A stretch of 64,000 nucleotides of DNA from Felis catus. Taxonomy: Eukaryota. The DNA is taken from assembly GCF_018350175.1 (NCBI RefSeq), contig NC_058368.1:55926001-55990000 (forward strand), in the 5' to 3' direction. Shown here one piece after another: positions 12,773 to 24,732 of the stretch (its first letter is position 1; each line of letters starts with the position of its first letter). The notes under the pieces are model-generated. The model saw only the letters and a list, made by a program, of their open reading frames with translations, searched no databases and was not told the origin of the DNA. The position numbers were made by a program, and so were the translations under genes.

Positions 12773-13324
12773 TGTAGGGTAAGAAAAATAAGTTTCCTTC
12801 TTTTCCTCTAAGTTCCTGGCTGATACTGGACCTTGTAATTAATGACAGATAAACAAGAGAAAAAAATTAATTATATACATTCATATGCACAGGAATCCCA
12901 AAAAGATATTAGACTTAAAAGGTGGCAAGATAGTTGAGGCTTACTTAGAAAAGGAAAGGATCTGGAGCTTCAAAGTTGCCAGACAACTGAGGATTATATA
13001 CCATCCTGAGCTAAGGAAAGGAATAGGGGTCTGAGGATTCAAGCTGAGAGAAGGCAATTCACAGGAAGCTGAGGAAAGGAAACATTTGAGGAACAAAGGT
13101 TGCCCTGCAGTACAGATCAGCTGCTGAGGTGAGAAAGTGCTATCTGTTACTAGCTCTCTTCCAGGAACAGGTTCCCTTTTTAATGTAAATTGCCCTTGCA
13201 CAAGGGTAACTTCTATTCTGTTTTTAGAGCTTCTCCTATGTCTGCAGCATTTCAAAATAATCAGCTCAAAATAAGCCTTCTGCCAAAGAGGCATATTTTG
13301 GAGTGGCGTATTCTGCCACCTTCA
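12773..13324 (-). mobile_element. MER34-family ERV1 solo LTR
   Basis: reverse complement begins TGAAGGTGGCAGAATACGCCACTCCAAAATATGCCTCTTTGGCA, the recalled MER34-family 5' end; TG...CA termini. Confidence 0.85.
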
Positions 13325-13745
13325 GGAAGCATATTCTTTGCTTCTTTAACAAAGAGAAAGGAGGGAGTATCAGGCACCAATTTAGGGGGGATACATGAAG
13401 AAACAACATTTTACATGTAGAGTTTGGGAATAGATTACTGTTTGACTAGGGAATAATGAAGGATCAACTAATAATGAGGAATTGGCCAGAATGAAAGGTT
13501 TCACATGATAAAATAAGAATTTTTTCATAAAAAAAGATTGCTTATTAATGTGAGGGTGATATGGACTATGCAGAACTTTGGGAATTGTGTTTTCAAGATT
13601 ATATATCACCTTTCCTTCAGAAGCACCTTGAACGTCCATATTTCTACCAAGAATCTCTTTAAGGAAATCTGAGTTTTTCCTAAAATTCACCTCAGAATTC
13701 TTTTAGGCTCTATCCACTGTCCAGTGCCAAAGCCCCTTTTGCATT

Positions 13746-14127
13746 ATATATGTCAATGAAGAGAGAGACAGACAGATTCATTTATTTAAGGAATTGATTT
13801 ATACAAATGTGGAAGCTTAATAGGTCCAAAATCTGGTGGGTAGGCCAGTAGGCTGACATCCCACGGAAGAGCTGCAGTTTGAGTCCAAAGATGGTATGCT
13901 AAAAGAATTCTTTCTTCTTCCAGAGAGGTCAGTGTTTTCTATTAAGGCTTCCAACTGATTTGAATGACGTACCTACAATATGGAGGATAATTGCTGTACT
14001 CGAGGTTTACTGATTTAAGTACTGATTTACTTTAAAAAATACTTTCACAAAAACATCTAGAATAAGATTGATCCAATACTTGGATACCATGGTCTAGCCA
14101 AGTTGACACATCATAATAACCATCACA
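13746..14127 (-). mobile_element. MLT2-family ERVL LTR
   Basis: ttatttaaggaattg...ctagccaagttgacacat...aaccatcaca characteristic antisense MLT2 end. Confidence 0.85.
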
Positions 14128-14934
14128 ATCATTATATTTGTTTTCTGTTGACCCTGTTAATCACTCTAGTTATTCAGGTAGTGACAACTAGCATTAAAAT
14201 CACAGTCATAATTAGGAAGTAATTATCATATGTAAATCAATATGTTTAAAAATTTTTTTTAAAATGTTCAGAATTCCTGATTTTATGGAGGATAAATTTT
14301 TGAGATAAATTTAGAACTTTAATCTCAGAAAAGCCACATCCCTAGTAATGGGATTTATTAATTAACTATGTTAAATAATATTTTAATGAAACCTATTGAT
14401 TTAAATATTGCAAAACATAAATATGGAACATTATATTTCTGAATTGGCTGAATAAACCAAATGTGTCTTTGCTACATTGTTACTTTTATTTTTATTTTCA
14501 TTTGTGTTTATCTGCTACTTGATTACTGTCATTTCTTTTCATTATGCTATCATTTTAAAACTCATTATTTTAGCTTTTAAAACAATTTTCTCTGACTTTT
14601 ATTACTTACATCGTTAGCAATACTTTTTGCTATTTAGCATTGATAAGATGATGACGGTAGTCAGCAGTGTTTAATGCACTTTTCTAACTTGTTTCTCATT
14701 ATTCTTGCAGTGTGTTCTGACACCTGATAAATGCAAAACAACTTCAAAAGCACTTAGCCATGTAAATAACAGTGATAAAAGCATTATTAAAATTTTGAAA
14801 TCCAGGGCTGCATTTAGTCACAGCTACAGAATGCAAAAATTATGAACCCTATCATCAATACTTAGTTGCTTGTAAATGATGACCTATGAAAAACTCATTT
14901 GATTCTGGAAAACAATTTGCATGCAAAAGCAAGT

Positions 14935-14963
14935 TGTGTGTGTGTGCGTGCATGTGTGTGTGT
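14935..14963. repeat. imperfect (TG)n
   Basis: direct reading. Confidence 0.85.
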
Positions 14964-16233
14964 TGAAAGTAGTTGAGAAGCAAGTGCCTCAGGAGGAAAT
15001 AAAATTCATTTTTTGCTTAGCACAAGATGTATATTTATTGTAAGATGCAATACATCATGCTACTCTTTCCTAATGTTTACATTTATTTTCTCTATGAATT
15101 ACATTTAATTTTTCAAGCTATTATTTGAGTGCCATATGTACCATTATTTGTTATGCTATCTTCTGCAAATATTATGTCCACCCCTATTAGATTCTCTATA
15201 CTTGTTGTAAGGTTAGGCCAGAGGAGATACTAGAATAAGCCAAAAGGCAATGGAAGAATTCATACACCATGGGTGGCTACAAGGGACGAAACTTTGAGAT
15301 TCATCTTTTATATGTACTTAAAAAGCCTCATTGAGAAATGTTCTCTAAAGTAAAGATGTGCACACACTTTCCATTATTTTTGAGTGCTGTTTTGTATAAA
15401 TCATCATGCCAGCTACTTCTGGCTTTTTTTTGTTGTTGTTGCTTTAAGAGAAAATATAGTTGCTAAACCATGTCGTAATGAAGTGTATTTGGGGGATGGT
15501 TATTGGAAAATACTAGTGTTGAGAGTCCTTAGAATTAATTTTTATTTATATTCAATGATAAGAAACAGGATCCCCATTATTAAAAATAACAATCCCTATA
15601 ATTGGAAATCTACTTGCCTAAAGTGCCCCATATCCAGCACTCACAAACACTCACATCAGGTCATAATTAACTTGCTTCCATTGACCATAGCATAACTGGA
15701 TTGGAAATAATCTGATTTTGAATCTGAAGTATGCACCATATAACTCGGTACATTTGGATAAGACTGCTGAGTTTCCCAATGACCCTATTCCTTGAACATA
15801 ATAATCTTCACAGAAACATATTTAGATTTCATAAGCATACATGTTTAAAAATTTAAGAATTTATATAATGTCTGTTGTAAAGAAAGCACTTAATAAGTTG
15901 GTGGTATTATATTATTTCAAAAACTAGTACATATAATTTAATGTACCATCTAAGTTTTCATTAAATCAATATAGAATGCAAACTGTCTGTTCATGACATA
16001 TACTTATTTATGACACTTAAGAGAAAAGCAATTGTATGTACTGGTTATTCCTTTACTAATTTTTTATGTCAGCTACATCACACTGCATTTCCCACATTTT
16101 ATCATAGTGTGCATTTTTCTTAGAATTTAGCAATTTATTTAAGCCATAGATTTAAATTTGCTCTCTGTTTTCAAATGATGGCATGGGGTTTTATGTAGGG
16201 AAATAATTTTCTTGGCTTTGAATACTTTGGCAA

Positions 16234-16327
16234 ATAGATAAATATGTAATTATATAAATGTGCTTCAATATTGTCCAAGATAGATAAATATGTAATTATA
16301 TAAATGTGCTTCAATATTGTCCAAGAT
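16234..16327. repeat. Perfect 46-bp tandem duplication
   Basis: atagataaatatgtaattatataaatgtgcttcaatattgtccaag x2 (16234-16279, 16280-16325). Confidence 0.97.
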
Positions 16328-16449
16328 GAATTGTGGATACTTCTGAAGAATAATGAAATGACAAGAGAAGTGTAGACTCAGTAAAATTTGTTCAATATTC
16401 CATAATTAATATTGGTAATTATTATTATATTTATGGGCGAAATGTTAAT

Positions 16450-16670
16450 ATAGTATCTGTTTACAAGTGTAATTGTGCTGCTAGTATCTAGATTCTTTCA
16501 CTCATCATTATGTTTTAGAGATTCATTTATGTAGTGTGATTGGCAATAATTTGTTCAAATTTCATTTGTTAAATTTCATGGGAGAATGTCCCATTGTATG
16601 AACACAAAACATTCCACTATTTTGTTTGTTTCCAGTTTAAGTTATTTTTTAGTACAATTATAAAAAATTT
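16450..16670 (-). mobile_element. Old L1ME-like 3' fragment
   Basis: ctttcactcatcattatgttttagagattcattt...ccattgtatgaa...tttgtttccagttt. Confidence 0.6.
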
Positions 16671-16676
16671 TAGTTA

Positions 16677-17007
16677 TGTAGTAGCAGGCAGTATTGATGC
16701 TAACCCATGTTCTTTGGCCCACCTCTGAGTACTGAAAGTGATGATATACCACTAATACCTATAGATTTTCATCACAAATACCTGTAAATTTTACTTGTTT
16801 TCCCAGGATCTTTTTCTAGAACTGCATGGGCATTTTCAGTACAAACAGGACAGCTTAGTGTGCCAAGAATTAAATACTGAGGGAAGCAAATATGAAACAG
16901 TGATGGATGGAGATTGGTGGTTAGATATTCAGCTTCTGCATCTAATGGGGTTAATTCTTATATATTTTCTTTTTTTTATGCACAATAATCAAAAGAAGTG
17001 CTTAATT

Positions 17008-17046
<39 letters not shown>

Positions 17047-17581
17047 TTTTGTTTATTTTTTAAATATATGAAATTTATTATCAAATTGGTTTCCATACAA
17101 TACTCAGTGCTCATCTCAAAAGATGCCCTCTTCAATACCCATCACCCACCCTCCCCTCCTGATGCATAGGGACACTTGTACCCCAATGTTTATAGCAGCA
17201 CTCTCAACAATAGCCAAATTATGGAAAGAGCCTAAATGTCCATCAACTGATGAATGGATAAAGAAATTGTGGTTTATATACACAATGGAGTACTATGTGG
17301 CAATGAGAAAGAATGAAATATGGCCCTTTGTAGCAACATGGACGGATCTTATATATTTTCAATCTGATTCCTCAGAGGACCACCAACAGGATGGAACTCC
17401 AGTTTTCCCTAGAAATAGTCAACTCACTAACACATTTATTGCCTTTAGCTTTACTACATTTCCTGCCTCAATATCCACAGACCTTCATTTATATTTCTGG
17501 AGGCCATCTTCCACATAAAATTATTTGTATTTAAGTCCTTGTTTCAATGCCTACTTTTGGAGAAAACCCTGTCTAAGAACA
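16677..17581 (+). mobile_element. LTR16-family ERVL solo LTR split by a young L1 insertion
   Basis: start tgtagtagcaggcag; end tccttgtttcaatgcctacttttggagaaaaccctgtctaagaaca; the two halves join seamlessly across the TSD. Confidence 0.75.
16970..17346 (-). mobile_element. Felid L1 insertion, 5'-inverted, with apparent short 3' transduction
   Basis: perfect 14-bp TSD tcttatatattttc (16956-16969, 17347-17360); antisense 3' UTR 17006-17160; sense ORF2 C-terminus 17159-17346 (TCTPMFIAALSTIAKLWKEPKCPSTDEWIKK). Confidence 0.93.
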
Positions 17582-17869
17582 ACTGGTACTAGAAGTAGTA
17601 TTAAAATTCAGTTTTTTAAGAATGAGATACTGTATTTTAAAGTGAGTTGGAAACAATGGCACCTTTTTTGATAGCAACTAAATGATTTAGTCATTGAGAT
17701 TTCTACAAAGAAACAGAATTAGTTATACATAATTGTTGTATAATTATAACTTTTAAGATTCTTATCCCTAGTAATTTGAGAAGAGATACATTTGGAAAGT
17801 GAAGCTTTCACAATTGAAAATTATGAGTCCACTATTATTTAAAAATGCAATTTAAGAATAAATATAAGA

Positions 17870-18586
17870 TTGTTCAGAAAACTGAAGACCAAATCTATCA
17901 TGGATATGAATGTAAAAATCCTCAATAAAATGTTAGCAAATTTAATCAAAAAAGTACAAAAAGAATTATACACCACAATCAAGGTTTACCCAATGTGCAA
18001 AGCTGGTCCAGCATTACAAAATCAAATTATATACTCTGTCACTTCAACAGACTAAAAAAAAAAGCCATTGATCATATCAATAGATGCAGAAAAATAATTT
18101 GAAAAAATCATGCCCCATTCATGATAAAAACCCTCAGTAAACTAGAAATGTAGAACTCCCTCAACTTGGTTAAGACTGCCTACAAAAAAACAACAGTTAA
18201 CATTATGCTTAATGCCAAGAAACTTGATACGCTTTCCTTCTAAGATCAGATACAAGGCATGGGTGTCTGCCAACTACTCCTTTTCTGTACTCCTAGAAAT
18301 TCCTGCTAATTCAATAAGGCAAAACAAAACAAAACAACAACAACAAAAAAAACAGGAAAGAAAAGGCTAAAAGGCAGACAGATTGGAAGGAAGTCATAAA
18401 GCTGTGTTTGTTCACAGATGACATGAATGTCCATGTCAGTGTAGGAAATCAAAAGAATCAACCAATATTAATAATAATAATAATAATAAATAAAATTAAC
18501 AAAACTATTAAGCAGTTATAGCAAGCAAGGTTAGTGTAATACAGGATACAAGGTTAGTATGCAAAAGTCATTTGCTTTCCTCTATA
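17870..18586 (+). mobile_element. Old L1M ORF2 (RT region) fragment
   Basis: translates as MDMNVKILNKMLANLI; tcatatcaatagatgcagaaaa; caggatacaagg. Confidence 0.88.
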
Positions 18587-19746
18587 CAAGATTACCTCAT
18601 TTTATTGAACTTCACTTTATTGGGCTTTGCAGATACTCTGTTTTTACAAATTGAAGGTTTGTGGTAAACCTACATGGAACAAGTCTATTAGCACCATTTT
18701 TTTCTAAGCATTTGCTGACTTCTTTTCTCTGTATCACATTTTGATAATTCTCACAATATTACAAACAATTTCATTATTATTAAATTTGTTATGATGATTT
18801 GTGATCAGCAATCTTTGATGCTACTATTAAAATTGTTTTGCAGTGCTATGAACCAGACCCATATAAGACAGTAAACTTAATCAATAAATGTTCTATGTGT
18901 CCTGACTGTTCCGCTGACCAGCTGTACCTCCATCATTCTTCCTCTCCTTGGGATTCTCTGTCCCCTAAAACACATCAATATTGGAATTAGGCCAATTAAT
19001 AACCTTACGACAGCCTCTAAATGTTCAAGTGAAAGGAATAGTTGCACATTTCTCACTTTAAATCTAAAGCTAGAAGCAATTAAAACATACTGAGGAAGAT
19101 ATATTGAAAGCTAAGACAGGCCAAAAGCTAGATCTCTTGCACCAAAAAGATTGTGAGTACAAAGAAAAGTTCTTGAAGAAAATTAAGGTGCTACTTTGTT
19201 GGACACATGAATGATAAGAAAACAAAACAGACTTATTGCTGATATGGAGAAAGTTTTAGTGGTCTGGATAAAATAGACCAGGAGGATCAATTCCCTGAAG
19301 CCAAAGTCTAATCAGAGCAAAGTTCTAACTCTTTTCAATTCTGTGAAGGCAGAAGGAGGTGAGGAAGCCACAGAAGAAAAGTTTAAAGCTAGTAGCAGTT
19401 GGTTCATGAGGCTTAAGAAAAGAAGCCAAGTTCATAACTAAAGTGCAAGCTGAAGCAGCAAATGCTGATGTAGAAACTGCAGAAAGTTATCCAGAAGATC
19501 TAGCTAAGATAATTAATGAAAGGGACTAAATGGATTATCAGTGTAGACAAAACAGCCTCCTACTGGAATTAGAAGCCATCTTAGGACTTTCATAGCTAGA
19601 GAGGAGAAGTTAGTGCCTGGCTTCAAAGCTTCAACGGACAAACAGACTCTTTTGTTAGGGGCTAATGCAGTTGGTAACTTTACTTGAAGCCAGTATTTAT
19701 TTATCAGTCTGAAAATCCTGGGACCCTTAAGAATTATGCTAAATCT

Positions 19747-19962
19747 GGGGTGCCTGTGTGACTCAGTCGGTTGAGCATCCAACTTCAGCTCAGGTCGTGA
19801 TCTCATGGTTCATGGGTTTGAGCCCTACATCAGGCTCTATGCTGACAGCTCAGATCCTAGAGCCTGCTTTGGATTCTGTCTCCCTCTCTCTCTGTGCTCC
19901 TCCCCACTCACATTCTGTCTCACTCTGTCTCTCAAAAATAAACATTAAAAAAATTTTTTTAA
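19747..19962 (+). mobile_element. CAN-SINE inside Tigger1
   Basis: TSD aagaattatgctaaat / aagaattattctaaat. Confidence 0.95.
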
Positions 19963-20363
19963 AAGAATTATTCTAAATTTACTCTGCTTGTGGTATAAAT
20001 AGGACAATAAAGCCTGGATGACAACATATCTATTCACGACATTGTTTTACTCACTCTTTTAAGCCCACCATTCAGACTTCCTGCTCAGAAAAAAAGATTA
20101 CTTTCAAAATATTACTGTTCATTGACATTGTGCCTGGTCACCTAAGATTTCTGATGGGTATGTACATGGAGATCCATGTTTTTTCATGCCTGCTAACACA
20201 ATATCCATTCTTCATGTCAGGTTTCAAGGCATAATTTCAACTTTCAAATCTTATAATTTAAGAAATAAATTTTGTAAGGTTGTAGGCTGCATTATATAAT
20301 GATTCTTGTGATGTATCTGGGCAAAATCAACTGAAAACCTTCTGGAAAGGATTTACAATTCTA

Positions 20364-20611
20364 GGGGCGCCTGGGTGGCGCAGTCGGTTAAGCGTCCGAC
20401 TTCAGCCAGGTCACGATCTCGCGGTCCGGATCACGATCTCGGGGTCCGTGAGTTCGAGCCCTGCGTCAGGCTCTGGGCTGATGGCTCGGAGCCTGGAGCC
20501 TGTTTCCGATTCTGTGTCTCCCTCTCTCTCTGCCCCTCCCCCGTTCATGCTCTGTCTCTCTCTGTCCCAAAAATAAATAAAAACGTTGAAGAAAAAAAAA
20601 TTAAAAAAAAA
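20364..20611 (+). mobile_element. Young felid CAN-SINE with internal 20-bp duplication, inside Tigger1
   Basis: perfect TSD gaaaggatttacaattcta (20345-20363, 20612-20630). Confidence 0.97.
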
Positions 20612-20706
20612 GAAAGGATTTACAATTCTAAATGTACTATTAAAAAGCATCCATGATTCATGGGAAGAGGTCAAAATATCAACATGTACAAAAGTTTGAA
20701 ATAAGT

Positions 20707-21858
20707 ATCATTCAGAATAGAAGGAGAGATAGTTTTACAAACAAAATTAAAGGAGTTTGTGACCACTAAACCAACCCTGAAAGAAATATTAATGGGGACT
20801 CTTTGAGTGAAAAGACCCAAAAGTGACAAAGACTAGAAAGGAACAGAGGAAATCTCCAGAAACAATGACAAAACAAGTAATAAAATGACACTAAGTACAT
20901 TTTTATTAATAATCACTCAGAATGTAAATGGACTAAATGTTCCAATCAAAAGACATAGGGTCTCAGAATGGATAAAACACAAGACCCATCTATATGCTAC
21001 CTATAAGAGAATCATTTTAGATGTAAAAACATCTGTAGATTGAAAATGAGGAGATGGAGGGGTGCCTGGGTGGCTTGGTCGGTTAAGCGCCCGACTTCGG
21101 CTCAGGTCATGATCTCATGGCCCGTGAGTTCGAGCCCCCCATCGGGCTCTGTACTGACCGCTCAGAGCCTGCAGCCTGTTTCAGATTCTGTGTCTCCCTT
21201 TCTCTCCGCCCCTCCCCTGTTCATGCTCTGTCTCTCTTTGTCTCAAAAATAAATAAACGTTGAAAAAAAAAAAAGAAAATGAGGAGATGGAGAATGATTT
21301 ACCATGCAAATAGATATCAAAAGAAAGCTAGAATAGTAATACTTAAGTAATATATCAGAGAAGATAGATTTTAAAACAAAAACTGTAAGGAGAGATGAAG
21401 AAGGGCACTATAACATTATAAAGGGGAATACCAACAAGAAGACCTAACAATTGTAAATATTTATGCCCCCAACATGGATTACCCAAATATATAAAATAAT
21501 AACAAACATAAATGAACTCATTGATAATAATAAAGTAATAATAGAGGACATGAACATCCCACTTACAACAATGGACAGATCATCTCAGCAGAAAATCAGC
21601 AAGGAAACCATGACTTTGGATAACACACTGGACCAGATGTACTTAAAAATTTACACAGAACATTTCATCCTAAAGTAGCAGAATACACATTCTTTTCATG
21701 TGCACATGGGAGATTCTCAAAAACAAATTACATATTGGGTCACAAATCAACCCTCAACAAGTACAGAAAGATTGAGATCAGACCATGCATATTTTCAGAC
21801 CACACTACTATGAAACTTGAAGTGAACCACAAAAAAAAATCTGGAATACCATAAATAG
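20707..21858 (+). mobile_element. Carnivore L1 fragment (ORF1 end, inter-ORF spacer, ORF2 endonuclease)
   Basis: aatgtaaatggactaaatgttccaatcaaaagacatag (NVNGLN motif); LTTMDRSSQQKISKET in ORF track; stops and frameshifts. Confidence 0.92.
21059..21274 (+). mobile_element. CAN-SINE inside L1
   Basis: perfect TSD gaaaatgaggagatgga. Confidence 0.97.
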
Positions 21859-22221
21859 ATTTCTATCTTAGAATCTGTGCTCAGAGAAATTATGTTGTCA
21901 AATAAGACCATCTTTGCAAAAAAAGAGTAACTAAATTTATGACCCACTTCAAATATGAAAAATAAAATGAAGCTTTATAGTTGGAATCTCCAAAATTAAA
22001 ACTATATATATAATTTATTATATTTAGATAAGAAGAACACTTATATGACAGAATATGGCATACACACAAAACAAACTGGGACCATTAGGAATTGATATGT
22101 GCATATTCTCCTTTATACTCAAGTTTTAATGACAGTAAAACATTTGGGGTTCTACAGGCTTACTCATTCAGTTTGCATCTGTTGTGATTTATATTCACAT
22201 GGCCATTATATTATAAATAAT

Positions 22222-22392
22222 TAGATCTGTGTTATCCAATACTATAGCCATTAACCACATGTGGCTATTAATTTTATATTAAGTTAAAACTAAATATAGG
22301 TAAACAATATTTAATTCCACATTTCCATAAGTCACAAGTCAGGTGTTCAATAGCCACATGTGTCTGGTGGTTACATGTAGTAGATAGAGTTT
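22222..22392. mobile_element. MER3-like hAT-Charlie MITE
   Basis: tgttatccaatactatagccattaaccacatgtggctatt ... tcaatagccacatgtgtctggtggttac quasi-palindromic ends. Confidence 0.85.
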
Positions 22393-22554
22393 ATTTACAG
22401 GTAGACTGAAAAACTCTGTATTTGTCTTTGGGGATGGTTAGATATCTGTTGACTCTGGGCCAAGATAAGATCAGTAGGATTTTTATGTTCTGTTAAAAGA
22501 CTGAAACTCCCCTGGCAACCTCCAGACAGGTTTTTTTGTTTTTTGTTTTTGAGG

Positions 22555-22591
22555 TTTTGTTTTGTTTTGTTTTGTTTTGTTTTGTTTTGTT
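22555..22591. repeat. (TTTTG)n
   Basis: direct reading. Confidence 0.95.
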
Positions 22592-22731
22592 ACTAAAAGT
22601 CTCAACTGGTCTAACCCATTTATCATCCTGGCCTGATTAAGTACCAGGGAAGTATAAAAACCCTCCTTGGAACTTCCAAACTCAAGGAAAGCCAAAATTC
22701 CTCATGGCCCATGGTGATTCTATCCAGTGAT

Positions 22732-22862
22732 CTTTCTCTTTTCTTTTCTTTTCTTTTCTTTTCTTTTCTTTTCTTTTCTTTTCTTTTCTTTTCTTTTCTT
22801 TTCTTTTCTTTTCTTTTCTCTTTTCTTTTCTCTTTTCTCTTTTCTCATTTTCTTCTCATTTC

Positions 22863-22901
<39 letters not shown>

Positions 22902-22956
22902 CCTCCCTTTTTCTCTTCCCTCCCTTCCTTATTTACTCTAGAGAGAGAGAGAGAGA
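22732..22956. repeat. Compound (TTTTC)n-(CT)n-(AG)n tract
   Basis: direct reading. Confidence 0.96.
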
Positions 22957-23366
22957 AGGAGGGCAGATATGCCATGTACAAATAGAAACCCTGTACAGCA
23001 CATATACAGATGAATGCCTGGGAAGTTGGCACATGAGATAGCTTTCAGAACTCTGATGCTTCCTGCATTCTGTTTCTCTTGCTGTATGCACCATATGCTT
23101 TGTCTTTAAATAAAAAATCTTATGCTCTGTGGGATTTTTTCAAATACTTCAACTTGAAAAATGCTTATATTATCATACTACCTACTGGTTACAGAATACT
23201 TCCATCATTACAGGCAGAACATAGACATTTAGACATATGTTAATTTTTGAAATTTAGAAGTAACTATAAACTGACAACAGAAACAAAACAGTGCTTTTAA
23301 AATCTTGTCAACATAAAAATAGCAATACAGGTGTTGAGAAAAATGTTAAATTTACATTACATGAAA

Positions 23367-23594
23367 GGGGCGCCTGGGTGGCTCAGTCGGTTAAGCGTCT
23401 GACTTTGGCTCAGGTCATGATCTCACAGTCCGTGAGTTCGAGCCCCATGTCAGGCTCTGTGCTGACGGCTCAGAGTCTGGAGCCCGCTTCGGATTCTGTG
23501 TCTCCCTCTCTCTCTGCCCCTCCCCTGCTCATGCTCTGTCTCTCTCTGTCTCAAAAATAAATAAAAACATTAAAAATTTTTTTAAATAAAAAAA
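23367..23594 (+). mobile_element. CAN-SINE
   Basis: TSD ttacattacatgaaa on both sides. Confidence 0.97.
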
Positions 23595-23809
23595 TTACAT
23601 TACATGAAAAACAATCTGAACAATCTAAAATAAATAATAAAATGAATAAGGTTTAAATATAAAATAAAGTTTCGTAAAGCTAATACTCAGTAGGATGGTA
23701 AAATATCATTATATTTTATATTTAGAAAATATGTAGCCTAAATTATTATATTGGCAAATGTTATATTCAAAGTTGTAAGGACAATTTACAGAAAACTTAA
23801 AACTGAAAC

Positions 23810-23945
23810 TATATACATATATATTATATATATATATATATATACACACACACTATATACACACTCTACTATAATATATATATTATATATATAAACACTA
23901 TATAGTGTATATATAGTGTATAACATATATATACTATATATATAC

Positions 23946-24000
<55 letters not shown>

Positions 24001-24035
24001 TATATACACTCTATGTATCTATCTATGTATCTATC
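23810..24035. repeat. (TA)n-rich compound repeat
   Basis: direct reading. Confidence 0.95.
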
Positions 24036-24397
24036 TTTACCTTTGGGAAGAAAAAAGAAATGGGAAACAAAAGTATTTCTAATTGTTAAATCATAAACTT
24101 TGATCAGAGATCTTGCATAGTGAAAATATTAGCACTCCACATTTTTGTTATATATACTATCAGAATCATGAAGCCTCTTTATCAAATACCAAGAATTCTA
24201 TTTACTCACAAAGACACTTGGTAGTGCTCGTCCCCATGCCCCAGTTTTCCATATGATAGCAAAACAAATGGATGATGTACCTGCATAAGCAACTGGGTTT
24301 GCACCACAGAAGAGGAACACCAAAATTATGAGAATTTGTGCTTATATAGGACAGCATAACTGCCCCTGCTTCTGTCAAGGAAAGGGCAGTGGGGGGC

Positions 24398-24451
<54 letters not shown>
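24398..24451. repeat. (AG)n microsatellite
   Basis: direct reading. Confidence 0.97.
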
Positions 24452-24453
<2 letters not shown>

Positions 24454-24481
24454 TTTACCTTAGAATGTGAAAATAAATGAA

Positions 24482-24516
<35 letters not shown>

Positions 24517-24517
24517 A

Positions 24518-24732
24518 GGGGCGCCTGGGTGGCGCAGTCGGTTAAGCGTCCGACTTCAGCCAGGTCACGATCTCGCAGTCCGTGAGTTCGAGCCCCGCGT
24601 CGGGCTCTGGGCTGATGGCTCAGAGCCTGGAGCCTGTTTCCGATTCTGTGTCTCCCTCTCTCTCTGCCCCTCCCCCGTTCATGCTCTGTCTCTCTCTGTC
24701 CCAAAAATAAAATAAACGTTGAAAAAAAAAAT

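Larger units (their letters stand above)
18587..20706 (+). mobile_element. Tigger1 DNA transposon (TcMar/pogo), decayed transposase, right end missing
   Basis: TA target then caagattacctcattttattg left TIR; gcctctaaatgttcaagtgaaagg transposase start; extended match to recalled Tigger1; two SINEs inserted. Confidence 0.93.
22470..23155 (+). mobile_element. Probable old LTR containing expanded simple repeats
   Basis: LTR-like 3' end (aataaa then tgctctgtgggattttttcaaa); family not identified. Confidence 0.35.

Noticed and set aside
17123..17518. 131-aa ORF with a recognisable protein motif
   Set aside because: Chimeric read-through of antisense L1 UTR, inverted L1 ORF2 C-terminus and LTR16 sequence; not a gene
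19000..20706. Tigger transposase as a possible TIGD-like gene
   Set aside because: Start codon lost, many stops and frameshifts, two SINE insertions, 3' end missing
22711..23041. Phe/Ser/Leu-rich ORFs resembling membrane proteins
   Set aside because: Translation of (TTTTC)n and (CT)n repeats
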